64,000 bases of DNA from Octopus sinensis. Taxonomy: Eukaryota. Where the stretch lies: NCBI RefSeq assembly GCF_006345805.1, contig NC_042998.1:13330001-13394000 (forward strand), given 5' to 3'. Numbering within the stretch: position 1 is the stretch's first letter; every line of letters begins with the position of its first letter. This document shows positions 1 through 15,480 of this stretch, one piece after another. The notes below the pieces were generated by a model. That model was not told where the DNA came from, ran no database searches, and saw only the letters and a program-made list of their open reading frames with translations. The translations under genes were made by a program, and so were the position numbers.

Positions 1-200
1 AAAGAGAAAAGGAGGTAATAAAGTTAAAAATTGTGATGGTTTCCTCTGTTGAATAAGAATACAAAATGGATGACTTATTGAACGGGAAATTTGAAAAGAA
101 TATTACTGAATACCTCATCCGAAGACGATAGTCTTCACACACATACACACTCACGGACACACACGCGCGCGCGCACACACACACACAAACACACACATGC

Positions 201-241
<41 letters not shown>

Positions 242-562
242 GAGAATGATGTAGACCCATCTGATGAGATCCTAATAAGATTCGAAAATCTATTAAGGTT
301 CAAAATTTTTTCAGTCTGCGGAGAAGTTGCTAAAACTTTTCCTGTTTATATTAATAGTATTTTACATTTTCATTAAATTATACTTTGATTCCGTGTGGAC
401 TAAGATCCCCGTCGACAGGCCGCTGGTATTTATAGAGTGCGAAACAATTTCTGTATGCAAATTAGAGACATCTTCATAGAATAACTGCTGCATTTGTTGA
501 GTAAAAAAGCAGTTTGGGTACTTGTTACTCTAGAGACTATTTATATTTATACCATATGTTGC

Positions 563-613
<51 letters not shown>

Positions 614-899
614 TTTGTTTAGAAGCACATATACGTATATATACATCTCTTTTTCTCCTTCCATCCATTTCTCCGTGCATATCTCTGAGTGTATGCGTGG
701 GATTTTGATATAGTCAAGGTAAATCGTATGCAAAGAATGCATGAAAGTAAAATATAAGCAAGAAACCGTAGAAATGAAGGAGAAGAATTAAAGGAGTCAA
801 AGTTTAAAAATGCAAGGGAAAGAAATGAAAAATTGTTAAGAAAGTTTACGTATAGTTTTATGATTGACCTTAACATAGACAGAATTTATCACAAAGTTA

Positions 900-1620
900 T
901 CGATATGAAAAATCAGTTTTTGCAATGGTATATATAGATTCAGTAATCGAAATAGCAATACTAGCAGTACGCATGTCTTATATCTTTATATCTCGTAAGT
1001 GGATGTAAGGAAAAATACATTGCTAATGCTATCGGCATCTTTACTTATACCTCGGAGGAATTAGGATCGGTATTATATATTTAGTGCCCCTTAGGTACAA
1101 CACAACCTTTTCGATAAGATGGACTGCAACTTTTCCGAAATCCTTACACCCAGTAAATTCTTATATTTAAAAATAATCTCTCAATATTTCGAAATATTTT
1201 GGTCTATGAGGTCTCGAAATATTCTGTGGAACAATGCTTGGTGAGATTATGTAATATTCATACAGTTTACCGAAGAATTTATATGAATACACCTAACGTG
1301 TCATCTTTGAAATCACCTCTAAAATTACGATATGTAATCAGAAAACTGAACGGAAATTTTGGCACCGGATATTGTGCCTCCAATCCAGTATCAGTCAAAA
1401 ACGTTGTCTTCAACAGGATTAAAATAAATATGAAAGAATTACCCTCGTTGGTCATCAAGTAGGCGTACATTTAATTCAAATAATCCAATAAAGCATAAAG
1501 AAATTCTATAAACTTTTTTATCGGTCTTAAAGGATTAAAAACTTCTATAGGCATAATGGATGAATTGTGGATCATTCCCTATTTACATATGTTCCTTAAC
1601 AATGGTAACATTTGTAATGA
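900..1620 (+). pseudogene. Possible highly decayed Penelope-like RT C-terminal region
   Basis: Broken frames give weak PLE-like motifs (TVYRRIY ~ LARRIC, RIKINMKEL, RTFNSNNP ~ STFNPNNP). Many stops; recall-based. Confidence 0.25.
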
Positions 1621-1904
1621 GAAGAAAATCTAAAAGTCACGAGAATAAAATGAAATTTTAATGAGCGCTTTCTAGAAAAGAATTTTGACATTCAATCTCA
1701 TACAATTGTAAAATAGTGTAAAATAAAGATATAATTATATAACTCTGTGAATCTTTAAAATAATAAAATTGATATTTACATAAATTTCAATGAATTGGTG
1801 ATATGTATACATATGTATATATATACATACACACACACATATATATTTATATATATATATATTTATATATTTATATATATATATATATATATTATATATT
1901 ATAT

Positions 1905-1989
<85 letters not shown>

Positions 1990-4954
1990 ATACACATATA
2001 TGTATACATATATATATATACATGTGTGTTACATGTATGTGTGTGTGCCTCTGTGTGTGTAATGTTCTCTTTCAGAACTTGATATGATGTTGAAATTAGT
2101 AAAAATACTTCCTGGTATTTAAACATAAATATTCAATAATACCTGGTGTATAAGCTGACCCCTTTTAAGAATAACTGAAAATGACAGATGTTTTAAATGC
2201 ATGTGGAACAATAAATTGCATATTCCTAATATATAAATAACTTGTCCTATTTATATTTCTTATATTGTAAAATGAGCTAACAAAGCAAACCCACATAATG
2301 CTATGCAAATGTTCCTTTTATTTTGAATATATGATTATATTACATCCAAAATTGACTTCAATGAATCTAAAAGCTTTCTTGTAATTTGTCTTACAATAAA
2401 TACATACCACCATATAAAAGATTTTTTTCTCCAGATCATATAATGATGTGGCTGATCAACCAGTGCACTTATTCTATTTAACATCGTTGTAACATTTATG
2501 TAAATATTGTATGTTGATTTTAACTCATTATTACACGCAATATAATGAGTACATTAGTACAGACTTGACATAATTTCGCTGTTTTTGTTATTGGTATTCA
2601 AATCGCAATTAGTTTTGCTTTATTCGCCATAATCCTGATAACTGATTCTGGTATGAGAAATAGTCGTCTCTGTTTAGACAAATATTAATCAAACTACTCG
2701 GACCCGTGAATATTTCACAGAATTAATGGTAAACCTATTGTGTTATTTATAAAAAGTTTATCCAATTATCTTGAAAGCTTAGCCTGTGTTGTGTCTATAT
2801 GGAACAATAGTCTAATTGAGATGTGAAAGAAATTGGAATACGGTGATTACTTAATGCACTTTCTATATATATTTTATATACTTTATGCACAATTTCATAG
2901 ACGTAATACACAGCATTCATAAAATAAATATTCACTCTTATTCTTCCCGTTTTCTCATAAACAAAAACTAAAATTATCCCGTACATATGATACATCCTTT
3001 ATTTAAATCACATATATCTGCCACCTAAATAGCGTGAATATTTCGCGGAATTTAACACCTGCGCATGCGTTAAATGATAAGTCATATAATAAATAAACTT
3101 TTCACTATCTAATCATCACCACCACAAACTTTACCACATATACCACCACCACCACCACCAACACCTCTCTCGCTGCTCTCTCCCTCTCTCTCCCCTCTTT
3201 TTCAGCGTTCCATTTACCTCACCATCAGAACATTACCCCTTTGAAGTACGGCCGTACTTAGTGATGTAAATATAATGTACTCCACTTTTAAAAGAAAAAT
3301 GCATTTGATAGTTGAATCGCCGAGTTCCTGTACATAAGAAACATTGGGAACGGACAAATCAGAGGTCTTTCTTCATTGAACTGCACGATCTGTTTCTCTT
3401 ACGAAGAAGCGTCAAGCAAAAGAAGCAATTTTTTCCCTCAGTAACTACAAAAATATCATAGTTTATATGCAAATAGCTTTCGTAAAATTTTATTCACATT
3501 AATAGTGTTCTAACAATATCAAAATCGTAATTTTCTAACAATATTAAACACATTATTTTCTAACAATATTACAACCTAGTATCTCAAAGAGCTTCAAATT
3601 TTAATGAAGTAGAAACCACAGACTTTAGAAGATATATCACCAACAAATTACATTCTATGAATCATCCGCTTTAGAAGTTCTAAAGATACAATGTTTTTTT
3701 TATGGTGATTGACAAATATTGTCTAACAATAAACATGATAAATACATCTTCCATCCGGTGTAGGGGGAATGACTAATGTGTTTAAAATGATGTGGCTACA
3801 TAAAAAATGCTTCTATCATTGCATATGGTGGGACGATTGTCAAACAGAGTTTGCTTCTCGAAGACTTTTGAATATAATAATATCGATATTAGTCGATATG
3901 ATGTACAACTATGCATTAGTATTTAGCCGTCTAATCTTAGCGTGCTGCTTTTAACCTTCAGAACACAATTTACGGATAATTACATCAATAAAATAACTAG
4001 CCAATTAGATTTTCATTTCGCTTCTATTATTTACTTTTGCTGTTATTTTACATTCTTCTCGTTCGATTTTCAAAAATTTTTGCTGTTTGTATTCTTCTAC
4101 ATTTTTCTCATTTCTTTCCTAATCATCTTAATCAACTTCTTCTTAACCGTTTATCAAAGATATTTCACACTGAATATTCACATGAAATTCTCTGATTTTA
4201 TTGATTAAAAACATAACTTCGTTTTCCATGCGTAACTACGCATGTTTACTGCTGAAGATATTTATTCAAGTAGTTAGGAGGGAGCGTTTCCAAGAAATGT
4301 GCTGAAATAGCTTATTGCTTTTCTATTGACACATCACAAAAGCATAGAACCATTATTTTCTTTCTGTTAGTAATTGAATTATTGTTAAAATTTCCGTAAA
4401 ACTAATAGTTGCAACTGCTGATTCCAGAGCAACTATTGCTGCAATTCGGTTTATTCAAGATCTTGAAGTCTGAACCAAATGAATTCTTGTTGACGTGGCA
4501 CTATGATTGTATGATATTTCAACCTTCGCCATTTCTAAAATGTTACTGAAAGCCTAGGAATTACAATCTATGGAATTATCTGGGAAGGTTTGAAACGTTT
4601 CTGAGCATGTGTGTTTTTGAAGTATATGTATGTGTGAGTTTCTGTGTTTGTTGATAGTTTCAGTGAATTTTTTCAGCTGTTTTTGCAACAGTAAAAAAAG
4701 CATTAATAATATCTAGCTTGTTTTCATGTATTTTTTTAAAAACATTTATCATTTGTTATAAATATAGTTCATATCCGTTTAATTTCGGTAGAAATTATAC
4801 CTATCAGATGTAGATCCATCAGAATTTTCCCAGTTATTTTAGTGTCGGTAGCGAGTAAATTACTAATAATATTATCCAGTGGTTGTCTAGTTTGGTTCCT
4901 CTGTAGTACACTTTATTTTAGTAAGGATTTCTCATTTTATTTATAGATATATAA

Positions 4955-5385
4955 TTTTTACACACATAGTTTTGGTGAGAAATATTTTACAAGTTTTTTC
5001 ATTGTCTTCCGGAGGTTTGTATCATCTCTTGAACATTTGTAGAAAGGAACGATGTATCTGTCATTTCCCCATATTTCTAGGTGCTTGCTCAGCGGAATCT
5101 TACGTAATTTTTTTGTGTTATGTATCATCTGAGGATTCTTAGATGTTGGAAAAGGTAATCGTTGGCTTCGGAAAAATAATTGGGGCAGGTTATGCAGTAT
5201 ATTTGATTCTGTGTTTTGCAATCCATATTTGCATTTATACGGAAAGAGAATCTACTTTTAAATTTTATAGGGAAAGCAGTGTCCAGATATTGAGTTGTTA
5301 ACACTACATATTCCACATCTATTTTCTCAACACTCCTACAAGAATTATGAACTATCGTTAGGCAACAAATATAATTTATCATAAT
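4955..5385 (-). pseudogene. Penelope-like element GIY-YIG endonuclease fragment (frameshifted)
   Basis: ORF 5125-5382 has FRINANMDCKTQNQIYCITCPN (C-x-S-x-N-VIYxITC type). ORF 4958-5221 has IPLSKHLEIWGNDRYIVPFYKC...LRKTMKKLVKYFSPKL, matching the PLE endonuclease C-terminus in a second frame. Confidence 0.75.
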
Positions 5386-6544
5386 TTATGTAAATATAAC
5401 TTACTTTGCAGCGCATTCACCTGTGTATCTTATGATGTATTCTTCAGTCAGGTTCAGCTGACAAAAAGGCCAATCTACAAAAACCTATACTCTTGCTCAG
5501 CTTATTCCATTCTGTTCAAGCAGAGCAAGTACAGAGACGAAGACGGAAAGTGATCCTATAGAAGTCACAGATGTGTGTCGAAAAATTCCCGGGCAATGGA
5601 CATGAGTTAGAGTAAAAGCAGTAAACATTGGACGGTTTAAGTTGCTTTGCTGGTATTTTTCCACCAAATAATTGAACTACCTAGAAGGTTTATGAGTAAC
5701 ACGGCAATCTATGTACGATTAGCCTAGAAATGGAAAATGAAATTGAAGGCTGGTTAATGTGGAGGTAGTTGTACTTTAATGATCATAGAACATATAAGTT
5801 TGCAAGCGATGCAAAGTAGAGCTACTGAAGTGTTTTGGATATAGATTACGGATTATGACTACAAAACATAGTTGTTTTGAATGAAAGCAAAGTTTCTTGT
5901 CAGAAATAGCTACATAAATGGTGTAAAGAAATTGAAGAAAGTCGTTGAAACTTGCCCTTTGCGACTTTATTTTATTCAACTGCAAAGAGAGCTATGAGCT
6001 ATGGTTTTGGAGAGATAAACTAACAAAAGCCCCTTTATCCTGTCTTCCCACATAGCCTGCGCATATACTAACTGCGAATGTCGCATAAAGTTAAACTATT
6101 ATGGAGCTTTCTGAAAGATACTTATAGCTTTCGGTAGTGGATGCAAAAATCAAACGTCGATTCTTTGGGACAAATCATATGCGATTGTTTAAAAAATGGC
6201 TAGAATGACAATACTAAAACGTAAATGAAACAATGGACCAACAGTCGTAATACGCATCTTTAAAATGAAACAACAGTATCAAAGATAAACAAAGGTATCA
6301 ACAAATAGAAGGGAAGGAGGCATCACATTTCAAGTTATTCAGAATAGGTAAATGTAAACTTGCTAAATTTTAATGCAGTTTAAGTATGTAGAGTGTGTCT
6401 GATATTGCATAGTCATCGTGTAAAGTGTTCCTAGTCAATTGAATCACCGTCGTAGGTGGACAGCGGAAAAAAAGTAGACAAAATCCTTTCACTTCCGTAA
6501 ATATATTTTAAAAAGTATGGAAAAACCTACATACAAAATAAACT

Positions 6545-6748
6545 ATGTCCATTTACGTTCATTTACACGGGAGCTCTGGGCAAAATGTTATAGTGTATGA
6601 CCATCCTTGCGACATATATAATGGGTGCGTAAAGTTTGGTGAAAATCGTTTGAGAATTGTGAAAATGTATGACTTAGTCATTATACAAACCCATACCGTG
6701 ATTTATATATATATACAAACCCATACCGTGATTTATATATACTAGATA
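6545..6748 (+). mobile_element. Non-autonomous Helitron-type (Lep1/HINE-like) 3' end
   Basis: gtaaagtttggtgaaaatcgtttgaga...acaaac...tttatatatactagat architecture; contains a ~26-bp tandem duplication (atacaaacccataccgtgatttatat). Confidence 0.45.
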
Positions 6749-8674
6749 TATAATTATGTATGCTGTTTTTCCTGTCCGTCTTTGTATCATCTATCTGCCC
6801 GGATGTTTTATTGTCGACTGTTGCGTTCTTGTTCCATTTTGGGGATTTATATACACATATATCAGCATAGGTACTTTTTTGTTCACCTTGTAAGTATGTA
6901 TCTAAATTCTGTACGACTATTTTGTTGTTTCTTTTTATCCCTCTCATACTTTGTTTTTTCTTACCCCTTTTCGTGTTCTCATATGTAATCTATAATCTTT
7001 ACAGCAGCAGGGTTTACATAACTTTAGCAATTGGGCATCCGCCAGCAAGGTTTATGCCATATATGTGCGTTAGCATTGTTAAAATGTACACCAACCGGAT
7101 ACTACTGACATGGGCTTATGCTATACACTGTGGTCTAATCACCGTGGTTCCGATTTCTTGAAATGATGAAGAGTCACTGATCGTATACTCGAAACCAACT
7201 TTAGGAACATACACATTTAGTTCTCTTTAATAAATTCATAAATCATCTTTATTTTCGCAGGTGGTCTCTACGACAGTGGTTGTCATGTTTTAAATTACTA
7301 TTTTCATATTGACTAATCATTTCAACTTAGGCGTTTTGAAAATGTTTCAGTAATGGTTTACAATATAAATTATTAAAAATAAGCCAAACTCATAAAAAGA
7401 TTTTAACGAAACAGTACAACATTCTTATCTATTTTCCAAGTTGACTGAAATCGTTTGAAACATTTTGATATGTCCAGTTACATACGTGATGACATCTACA
7501 CTTCCGAACATATATAATCTAACAGTTATCAAAAAATACATCCAAGATAAACGCAAATGCGCGCATGAAACACAATTTGCTTCTACACACTGAAAAATTA
7601 AAATCAAAATTAAGCCACGGAATGCGGACAAATTTATGAGAAGCGAATGTTACTGAATATATTGGGAGACTCGCATAATATAGGATGTGTGTATTCAAAT
7701 TGAAAATATTAGGAGAGTTCTCAAATAGTATCAGTTAATATTCCTAATTTGCTTTGTAGATAAATAAATGATGAGTATATTTGTTAGTTTCAGATGTACA
7801 CACAAAGCGCACAAAATTTGATGACCAACAAAGGAGTGAAATTAAGGAAAATCTATAATTGCTGTTTCAGCCAGTATTGTAACATAATTTCTCTTTTCTA
7901 GTCCTTCCTGTCATAATCTCCTACTTTAATATAAATGAGTTTATTTACAAAGACGATAGAGCAACAAATTATAAACACAACAGGAGAAATGCATAAACTG
8001 GTCTTAAACGGGTCGAGTTTGAGACTATAGAATATGAATTTTGTTAATAACCGATTATTCGTCTCGAAGAATATAGTTAGTCTGAAGTACGGTACTCATA
8101 TAATACTCGCTTGCATTTCAGGCACATACTTAGGAATCAGGATTGAATGATTTTAAATAATATTTAAAATGTTCAGGTGCATAAAAAATTGACTGTATTT
8201 ATTTGGGTGACAGATTTAATCTCACTCCTATCGTAGCCTTAGCGATGATACTTCCTTTTCAGGAGTTCTGTCATTTTCAAAAGCTCAAAAAAGTTCTAAT
8301 AACCCACATATATTACACCCCGCTTTACATAGCAGTAATTCATGTTATTTTCCTCGTTGTAACCTTGGAAATGCAACAAAAATCGCTATGAGCTCATCTT
8401 ACTAAAGCATAGCAATTTTAAATGATGAAAACTGCAGCTTCTTATTTACCAGCCATACACTTTACATAGATACAATACTATCCTCTTCCTAAACACCTGA
8501 CGATAATCTGCTATTAAAAGTGTTGTTGCTCAGAATAGCTTTTCTTATTTCTTATATCAGAAATGATTAGTTTATTTTCGTTGCGAAATATTGTATTTGA
8601 GATTATATGATAGATAATTATTAAATCTGTGTTTGTTAATCTGTTTCAGATGAAAGAAGTCTCAGAATCTAACC

Positions 8675-8796
<122 letters not shown>

Positions 8797-9589
8797 CTCA
8801 TACACACAATTCATATATTGCACTCTAAAAATATTTCATTTTCTCATATCGAATATCAAAAAAAAATATTCCTGGAAATTACTATTGACTCAGAAAATTT
8901 TAAAATTATATAGTTTTATAATGCGATATTTCTAAGAAATTTAGAAAATACTATTTGCCATTTAATTGAGTCCGTTATACATTACTTCTGATATTTAGCA
9001 GTGGCCATTTCGCTTGGAAGTTTAGTAGGTGCTTACCATTCTCTGTTATAAGCTATTCACCCAAGTTTTCGAATTCCTTTGATATTATTGACAAAATACC
9101 TAAATATATGTTTTGTCGTCTCCGACATTATTTCTTTAGTCAGTCAAAGCTATATGGTTTCTTACTTCATTGATGTAAGCATTTGCGTAATTTTCTTTTT
9201 TCTTAAAAAAAACTACGAGAGTTTCTTAAGTAGGTTGTTCATATTTCTTCTATATAATTGCTTTTTTTTTTTTTTAAATTTCCTATTATGCAGTGTCTAG
9301 GAATGGGATTTCTTTCATGTACACTAGCCCATTAATATTTTCCTTCATCTTTTGGATAATCATAATAATTTATTTTCATGTCGAAGTCAGCAGTAGAAAC
9401 TTACATTTACTACTCTTTATTAATACTTTCAATATATTTTTTTGCATTTCAGTTGTTATGTATTGACTATTAACCATCCATTCATGCTTTATGTATTCGA
9501 CAAACATTCTTTTACGAACACACTGACATTCATATAACGCCAGACAGGCTTATATATGTAGTCAAAATATGTACATACATAAATACACG

Positions 9590-9683
9590 CACATATATGT
9601 ATATTCTATGTATATATATATATATATATATACATTCAGATGCACATATATATAAATTCATATATATTAGTTTACTCTCATAC

Positions 9684-9754
<71 letters not shown>

Positions 9755-9900
9755 TAAATTGATATATATGAGTTTATACTCATACATATGTATATATATA
9801 TATATATACATATACATACATACATATTTCTACATATACATATTTATATATGCATATAAATATTTATATGCGTATAAATATATGCGCACGTGTATATGTG
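9590..9900. repeat. (TA)n-rich compound microsatellite
   Basis: Direct sequence. Confidence 0.9.
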
Positions 9901-10904
9901 TAAATATGTAAGTATATATTCCAACATACACATTTACATGCGTACATATATATATCAACACATATCGTGCTATTCTGATCTTATGAAATGAAATGATTTT
10001 TTATGAAAACATTAAATATAAATTCTGGTGTAATGCATTTTGGAGCCACGCTTGTATTGTATTTTGCATTTCATTTTTAAGCCAATTTTGATCGAGTTAT
10101 TTTTTTCTTTTCTCATAATAAAATGCTTTAGGTTCTTTTATGTGGAAGAATCTCAAACTTATTTCGAATAAAATTCAAAAATAAAAGTCGAACTCTGTCA
10201 GAAATATATAACATATTGAATATTGAGCATTAAAATTTATGACATAAATGTTCCTGGAATTTCTAAATAAATTGTCATAATTTCTTATGCATTTTTCAGT
10301 GAATCGAAGAAATTAGAAGGAAATTTATGACGAAACATTTCTGCAATTTTCCTAAGTATTGTAAATATACATTGGTACGCTTGTGAAGTGCAAGTAATAT
10401 TTTAATCGATAGTGTCTTGTACTGTAATTTGATTTGCACTCATGCCATTGTTTTCGTAAACATATGCAAATTAGGCTAGAAGTAAACAAATATTAAGGAA
10501 GTAATTAAACTAAAGAAATATTTTCCGCAATGGAAATTCACTTATTCTATTCTCAAAAAAGCACAGGTATATATAGATATATGTTATAGAAGAAAACATA
10601 GGTATGCTAACGGAAAAAAACACATATAACAAAACCCATACGTATGTAAATACACGCTAAGTCTCTCTGAGGAATATTGTGTGATTTCTCGTGTCTGTAC
10701 AGTGCTCAGCCAGCTAGACGTCAAGTTCACGATCAGGTTATTTGCTTAATACAATAAATTGGAACAGTCGTTGCCAAATCAACCAAACATCCTGTTCAGG
10801 AAATTAATATGGAAGTGGCGGAGCACTCCACAGACACGCGTAATCACAACATATTTCTCAGGAAAATTGGGTTTCACAGAGAATGTGACAAAGCTGGCCC
10901 TTTT

Positions 10905-11053
10905 TATTACAAGTACAACTTATTTATGCCAGCTGAAAGGACTGGACCAACGTGAAATAAAGCGTCATGCCCAAAGACAAAAAGCGCTGCTGGCAATCGA
11001 GCTCACGCCCTTACGATCCTAAGACTAATACCTCAACCACTAAGCCACACACC
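10905..11053 (-). mobile_element. tRNA-derived SINE, degenerate
   Basis: Reverse complement ggtgtgtggcttagtggttgagg (A box) ... gagctcgattgcc (decayed B box) ... gtctttgggcatgacgctttatttcacgttg. Confidence 0.75.
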
Positions 11054-13788
11054 TTCACACACACGCACACACATACACACACAAACGCACGCACATACAC
11101 ATGTATAACAGTAGGAACGTAAAACCCCTTCCCAATGTATATGTGATCTTGGCTAAAGCCCAAGATGTTTGTAAAACATGGATCATGCATGAATCTAGGT
11201 AGCTATCGTCTATGTTACGTTTACATTCATAAAAACATTCCTTGCACTGTATGCACATTGTAGTGAGAGGGATGACGATGTGTATGTTTCTAAAGCGTCC
11301 TCGGTTATTTTGTTTGCACATGTGTTCTTGATCCGCATGAAAGTAATCGCAGAACATGATTAAGCATGGTAAAGCGCATTTTTGTCTTTTGTATTAAAAC
11401 TTAAAATCTACAATCGGATTACTCTTTCTGAGAACTAAAATATATGCCAAGGGTATTGAATGGCATTTTACATTATTTTCATCAACCTTTTAATAGAGTT
11501 CGAAATGGACAAAAATATTAGGCTTTTCAGAATATTTCTGTCCATTTAATGTAATAACTACATTTGCAGTGTTGGGCATTCTATTTTAAGTGTAGCTCCT
11601 TTGATCATTTCAATGTCTTCAACGATCTCAAACGAAACTGTTCTTGTTCACACAAACTTGAGATCTTTCTTGGCTGTGCTATTGAAATATAATTTCGATA
11701 ACATAATTATTTTGCAATATCTATTGTTTGTTGGGGAACTTCCTCTGAATGATTTGGAGAATTTTTTAAGCATTTCTTTGGCTGTATATCCTTGCTGTGG
11801 GAATGCTTACTCCTTTCCAACTTTCATATTTGCTATATCTGATAAAGGTGCGGTTGCACATAACATCGTGCACTGCATAGCAAATACAGAGATCAGTACC
11901 TGATGCACAACTATTGTAGAAAACAAAAAGCTGTTAAGTACTACACGCTAGCCCTTCTATGCATTGCAAGTTTCACAACTATTGCACAATTGATATGTTT
12001 GCCTAAGTCCTATCCACATTAACAAACGTGTTTCCTACCTCGTTCTAGAAGTACCCAGCTACATCTGAAACAATATGAACATTAGATATATAGAACATTT
12101 CATTACACACACTCACACACACACACATACACACACACGCACACATACACACACACGCGCGCGCGCGCATACATGCACTCACGCACACTTTCAAACAGAA
12201 TCATACATTCGCACACATATAAATGAAAGCACGTTTTGCGTTTCCAAATATTATGAATGCCGTATCAAACCATAACACTGCGCAACCTGTCTGAACTGAA
12301 ATACAGAAAATAGTTACGTCACAACATTCAGGCTGCTCCATCGCAGAATATATTTGAACGGGATATCATTTGTGCGATGGTGATTAACTTGAGGCTGTTA
12401 GTAAATTTTAGAAAAGTTTTAATAAAAGCTCTTGAATGACAAATAGGATAACTCACACAGTAAATGAACAATGTGATTGACACACTTGAAAAGGATTTCA
12501 CAAAACTACATGAAAAGACTGATTCTGTCATTGATGATAGTCATTAGGTTATATATGTAAGTACGTTTATTTGAAGCGTTTAATATTTTTTCTACGACCG
12601 TAAATGATGTTGTAGTGAACACTCCCAAATTTCATAGAGAGTGTAGAATTAATTTTGGCAGTGCCTCCTTGCTTGAATGAAATGTTCAGTATACACAACT
12701 CTCTACATATATTTTATGTGATTAATAAAAAAAGGTAGAATACAAACAGAAAATAATGGGTCAATTCTTACGAGGCTACGTCGTGTCTGGATATCGTTAT
12801 GTTGAATGTGTAACATCTGAAGATTATTTCTTTAGTAATATGGAAGAAACATTATCAGTCGAGTGAGGATTGAAATACATATTAGATATTTTTAAAATTA
12901 TATTTAAAGCGGATACACCTGATTCTCTTATGTGGAACATCAGTCAACCGACACGAAACAATTCATTTTAAAACATAAAATACTACATTGGGGAGAGATT
13001 CATAGCGAAACAACATTTACATTAATTACCATTGCCAAATTGCATTACGGAAAATACCGCATTCTGTTTCTATGGCAGGCGCTACAGTTTTATTTAAATG
13101 CAATATATCAATTTTAACTAGGTTATTCTCGAATTTAAATATAGGTTACTGCTAAGACTATAAAACAGATGCGATATTTGAAAACTACGATTTGGCACAC
13201 ACTTTTACCTAGATAAAATCTATATCAATTATAATAGTTGATGCAGTAAACAATTTCAAATAATCTAAACATCAATAGAATCACCCCTTTTAAATTCATT
13301 TTTGAAAAAGGAATAAAAAAATTATATTTCAAATATAGAAATTGAAAGGAATAAATAATTTTAATCATGCATAAAGGGAAATTGCATCCCTCAAGATTTA
13401 TGAATAACACGTTTCAGATACGGAATTACTGAGAAGTCATTATATATAAATGTGTGTGTATGTTTGTGTGTATATATATTCATACAGATATATATATATA
13501 TATATTCATACACACGCACACACACATAGGTATGTATGTATATGCACTTATGTATTTATTATTGCCGTTTTATATCTGTGAGCAACAGAAACGGCTGATA
13601 AAATTAGGCCAATTTATATTTTATAACGGGATATTGCTGCAAGTAAAATGAGCAGCAGCAAGCCAATAAATAATCTATGCGACAATATAGCGAGTTTGTA
13701 TTAGTGAATTGTAAAGAATATATGCGTATATATACATCACGTCAGCTCATAAAAAGTGAATTTTAATAATCATCTGTATGTTAATATT

Positions 13789-13982
13789 AAGGCGGTGAGC
13801 GATCTGGGTAAGAAGCTTAACTGCCTTTTATCTGTCATTATATTCTGAGTTCAAATTCCGTCGAGGTAAACTTTGCTTTTCCTTCTTTCGGTGTCGATTA
13901 AATATGTACCAGTTAAGCACTGTTATAGATTTCATCGACTTATTCATCCCTCAAAATTGCTGGTCTTGAGCTAAAATTTGAA
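13789..13982 (+). mobile_element. Octopus-type SINE family A (ggcggtgagctggcag head), internally deleted
   Basis: aaggcggtgagc ... gagttcaaattccgtcgagg (B box) ... gtcgattaaatatgtaccagt core; homologous to 20269-20500. Confidence 0.85.
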
Positions 13983-15289
13983 TTGAATTTCGCTTGCGCA
14001 TCGAAATTTCGTGCTTCAATATTTCAGCATAGATGTATCAAAAGAATAATATTTCCGAAGTAACTTATTGTACTTAACTTACATGAGTATGTATTTTTGA
14101 TGTAAAAACTATGTCCTTATTCTGATAAAAAGAAATGCACAAATTCCTATATTTGAAAATTATCTTAAAAATTTTTGGACAGATTCTTTCTGAATTTATT
14201 CTGACAACTCTGTTTATAGTTGGAAGATGTAGCCACGCAACTCCGTATATACATGAGGTTCGGAAATAAATTCCAGATAAGAAAATGTATATAGTTATTT
14301 AATACTGATTTTTAGAAAATATAAATATTAATATTTATATATAAATATAAATAATTATATTTCACCTGTACTGTATAATTAATGAGTGTGTGGCCAATTG
14401 AACGATGGAATATTCATATACAATAATAATTAAATACAAAATAACTTTCCTTTTGACTGTCATGTTCTGAGAATATAAATACTCTCGCATATCCCTGGTC
14501 TGATATGATTTTGAAAATAAGTTACACGATTCGAGGCATAGTGTCTATAATCAATGCAGAAAAGTCTAACTGAAGATATACTATATCTACATCCAAAAGA
14601 AGTTACTTTACAAACTATCATAAATGCTGAGCTGTACGAGTGCTCACATTTGCGTCGGTTGTAGAGATAATACTCGCTGACTTGAGTCAATTTATATATG
14701 AAATAGTCGATGCAACAGAGGGGTGAATATGTTGGTGCAATGAAGAATACGTTGGTACATACGTTGGTCCTGTATATTTGTCTATTTGCTTATGAGTACG
14801 ATGGTACCATTGGATGTGTGTTCCACTGTAATGAGTTTAGAGCAACCGCGTTTGTTGTGTTATTCATGGTGTAGTAAATACAAATCTGGGTGTGTGTGTG
14901 TGACTGTTTGTATGAATGCCTGTGGATAAATTATTTTTTGTGTCTCTGTATGCGGCAAAGAGCGTCAGTCTTTTATTCACTCAAGCGCGCACACACACTC
15001 ATACACTTACACACTCTAAGATTCATTCACATGCATATGGTAGTATCAATTTCCACAAGAAAATAAATTGTTCCTATTATGGTTAAACAAACCCAAAGTG
15101 AATAGCCTGCAATCATGACTAACGGAAGCTGCGATTGCTATTTCGCTTGCTATTCTCGTATTATGATAATCATAGCTATTTATCGACTAATTTGTTTTGT
15201 TTTTTTTTCTTGTGTAGATTTAAATACGTTTATGTGGATTACGTATCTAATCTTCAAGCATTATTTAATTTATGGCGAAGTTTACAGAA

Positions 15290-15480
15290 CTTGGACATTT
15301 TGAAGACATTATGAAATATGGAGATGTTAATGATATACACAAAAGTCGCTCATATTTACAGTTCATCTTCAAATATTCGACTCCCAGATATCATCCACTC
15401 AATCTGTCGTGGACGGCCGAATTGCTTATCGTTTACATCATGTTTCAATTGTCAAATAAACAAGTTAAATCTATGGCGTA
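15290..15480 (-). pseudogene. Possible mariner transposase HTH remnant
   Basis: Minus frame DKQFGRPRQIE resembles the mariner DxxRSGRP motif; stops follow. Confidence 0.25.

Noticed and set aside
5440-5700. RTE LINE 3' remnant
   Set aside because: Only a faint GHxxR/RWT-like resemblance across frameshifts, too weak to support.
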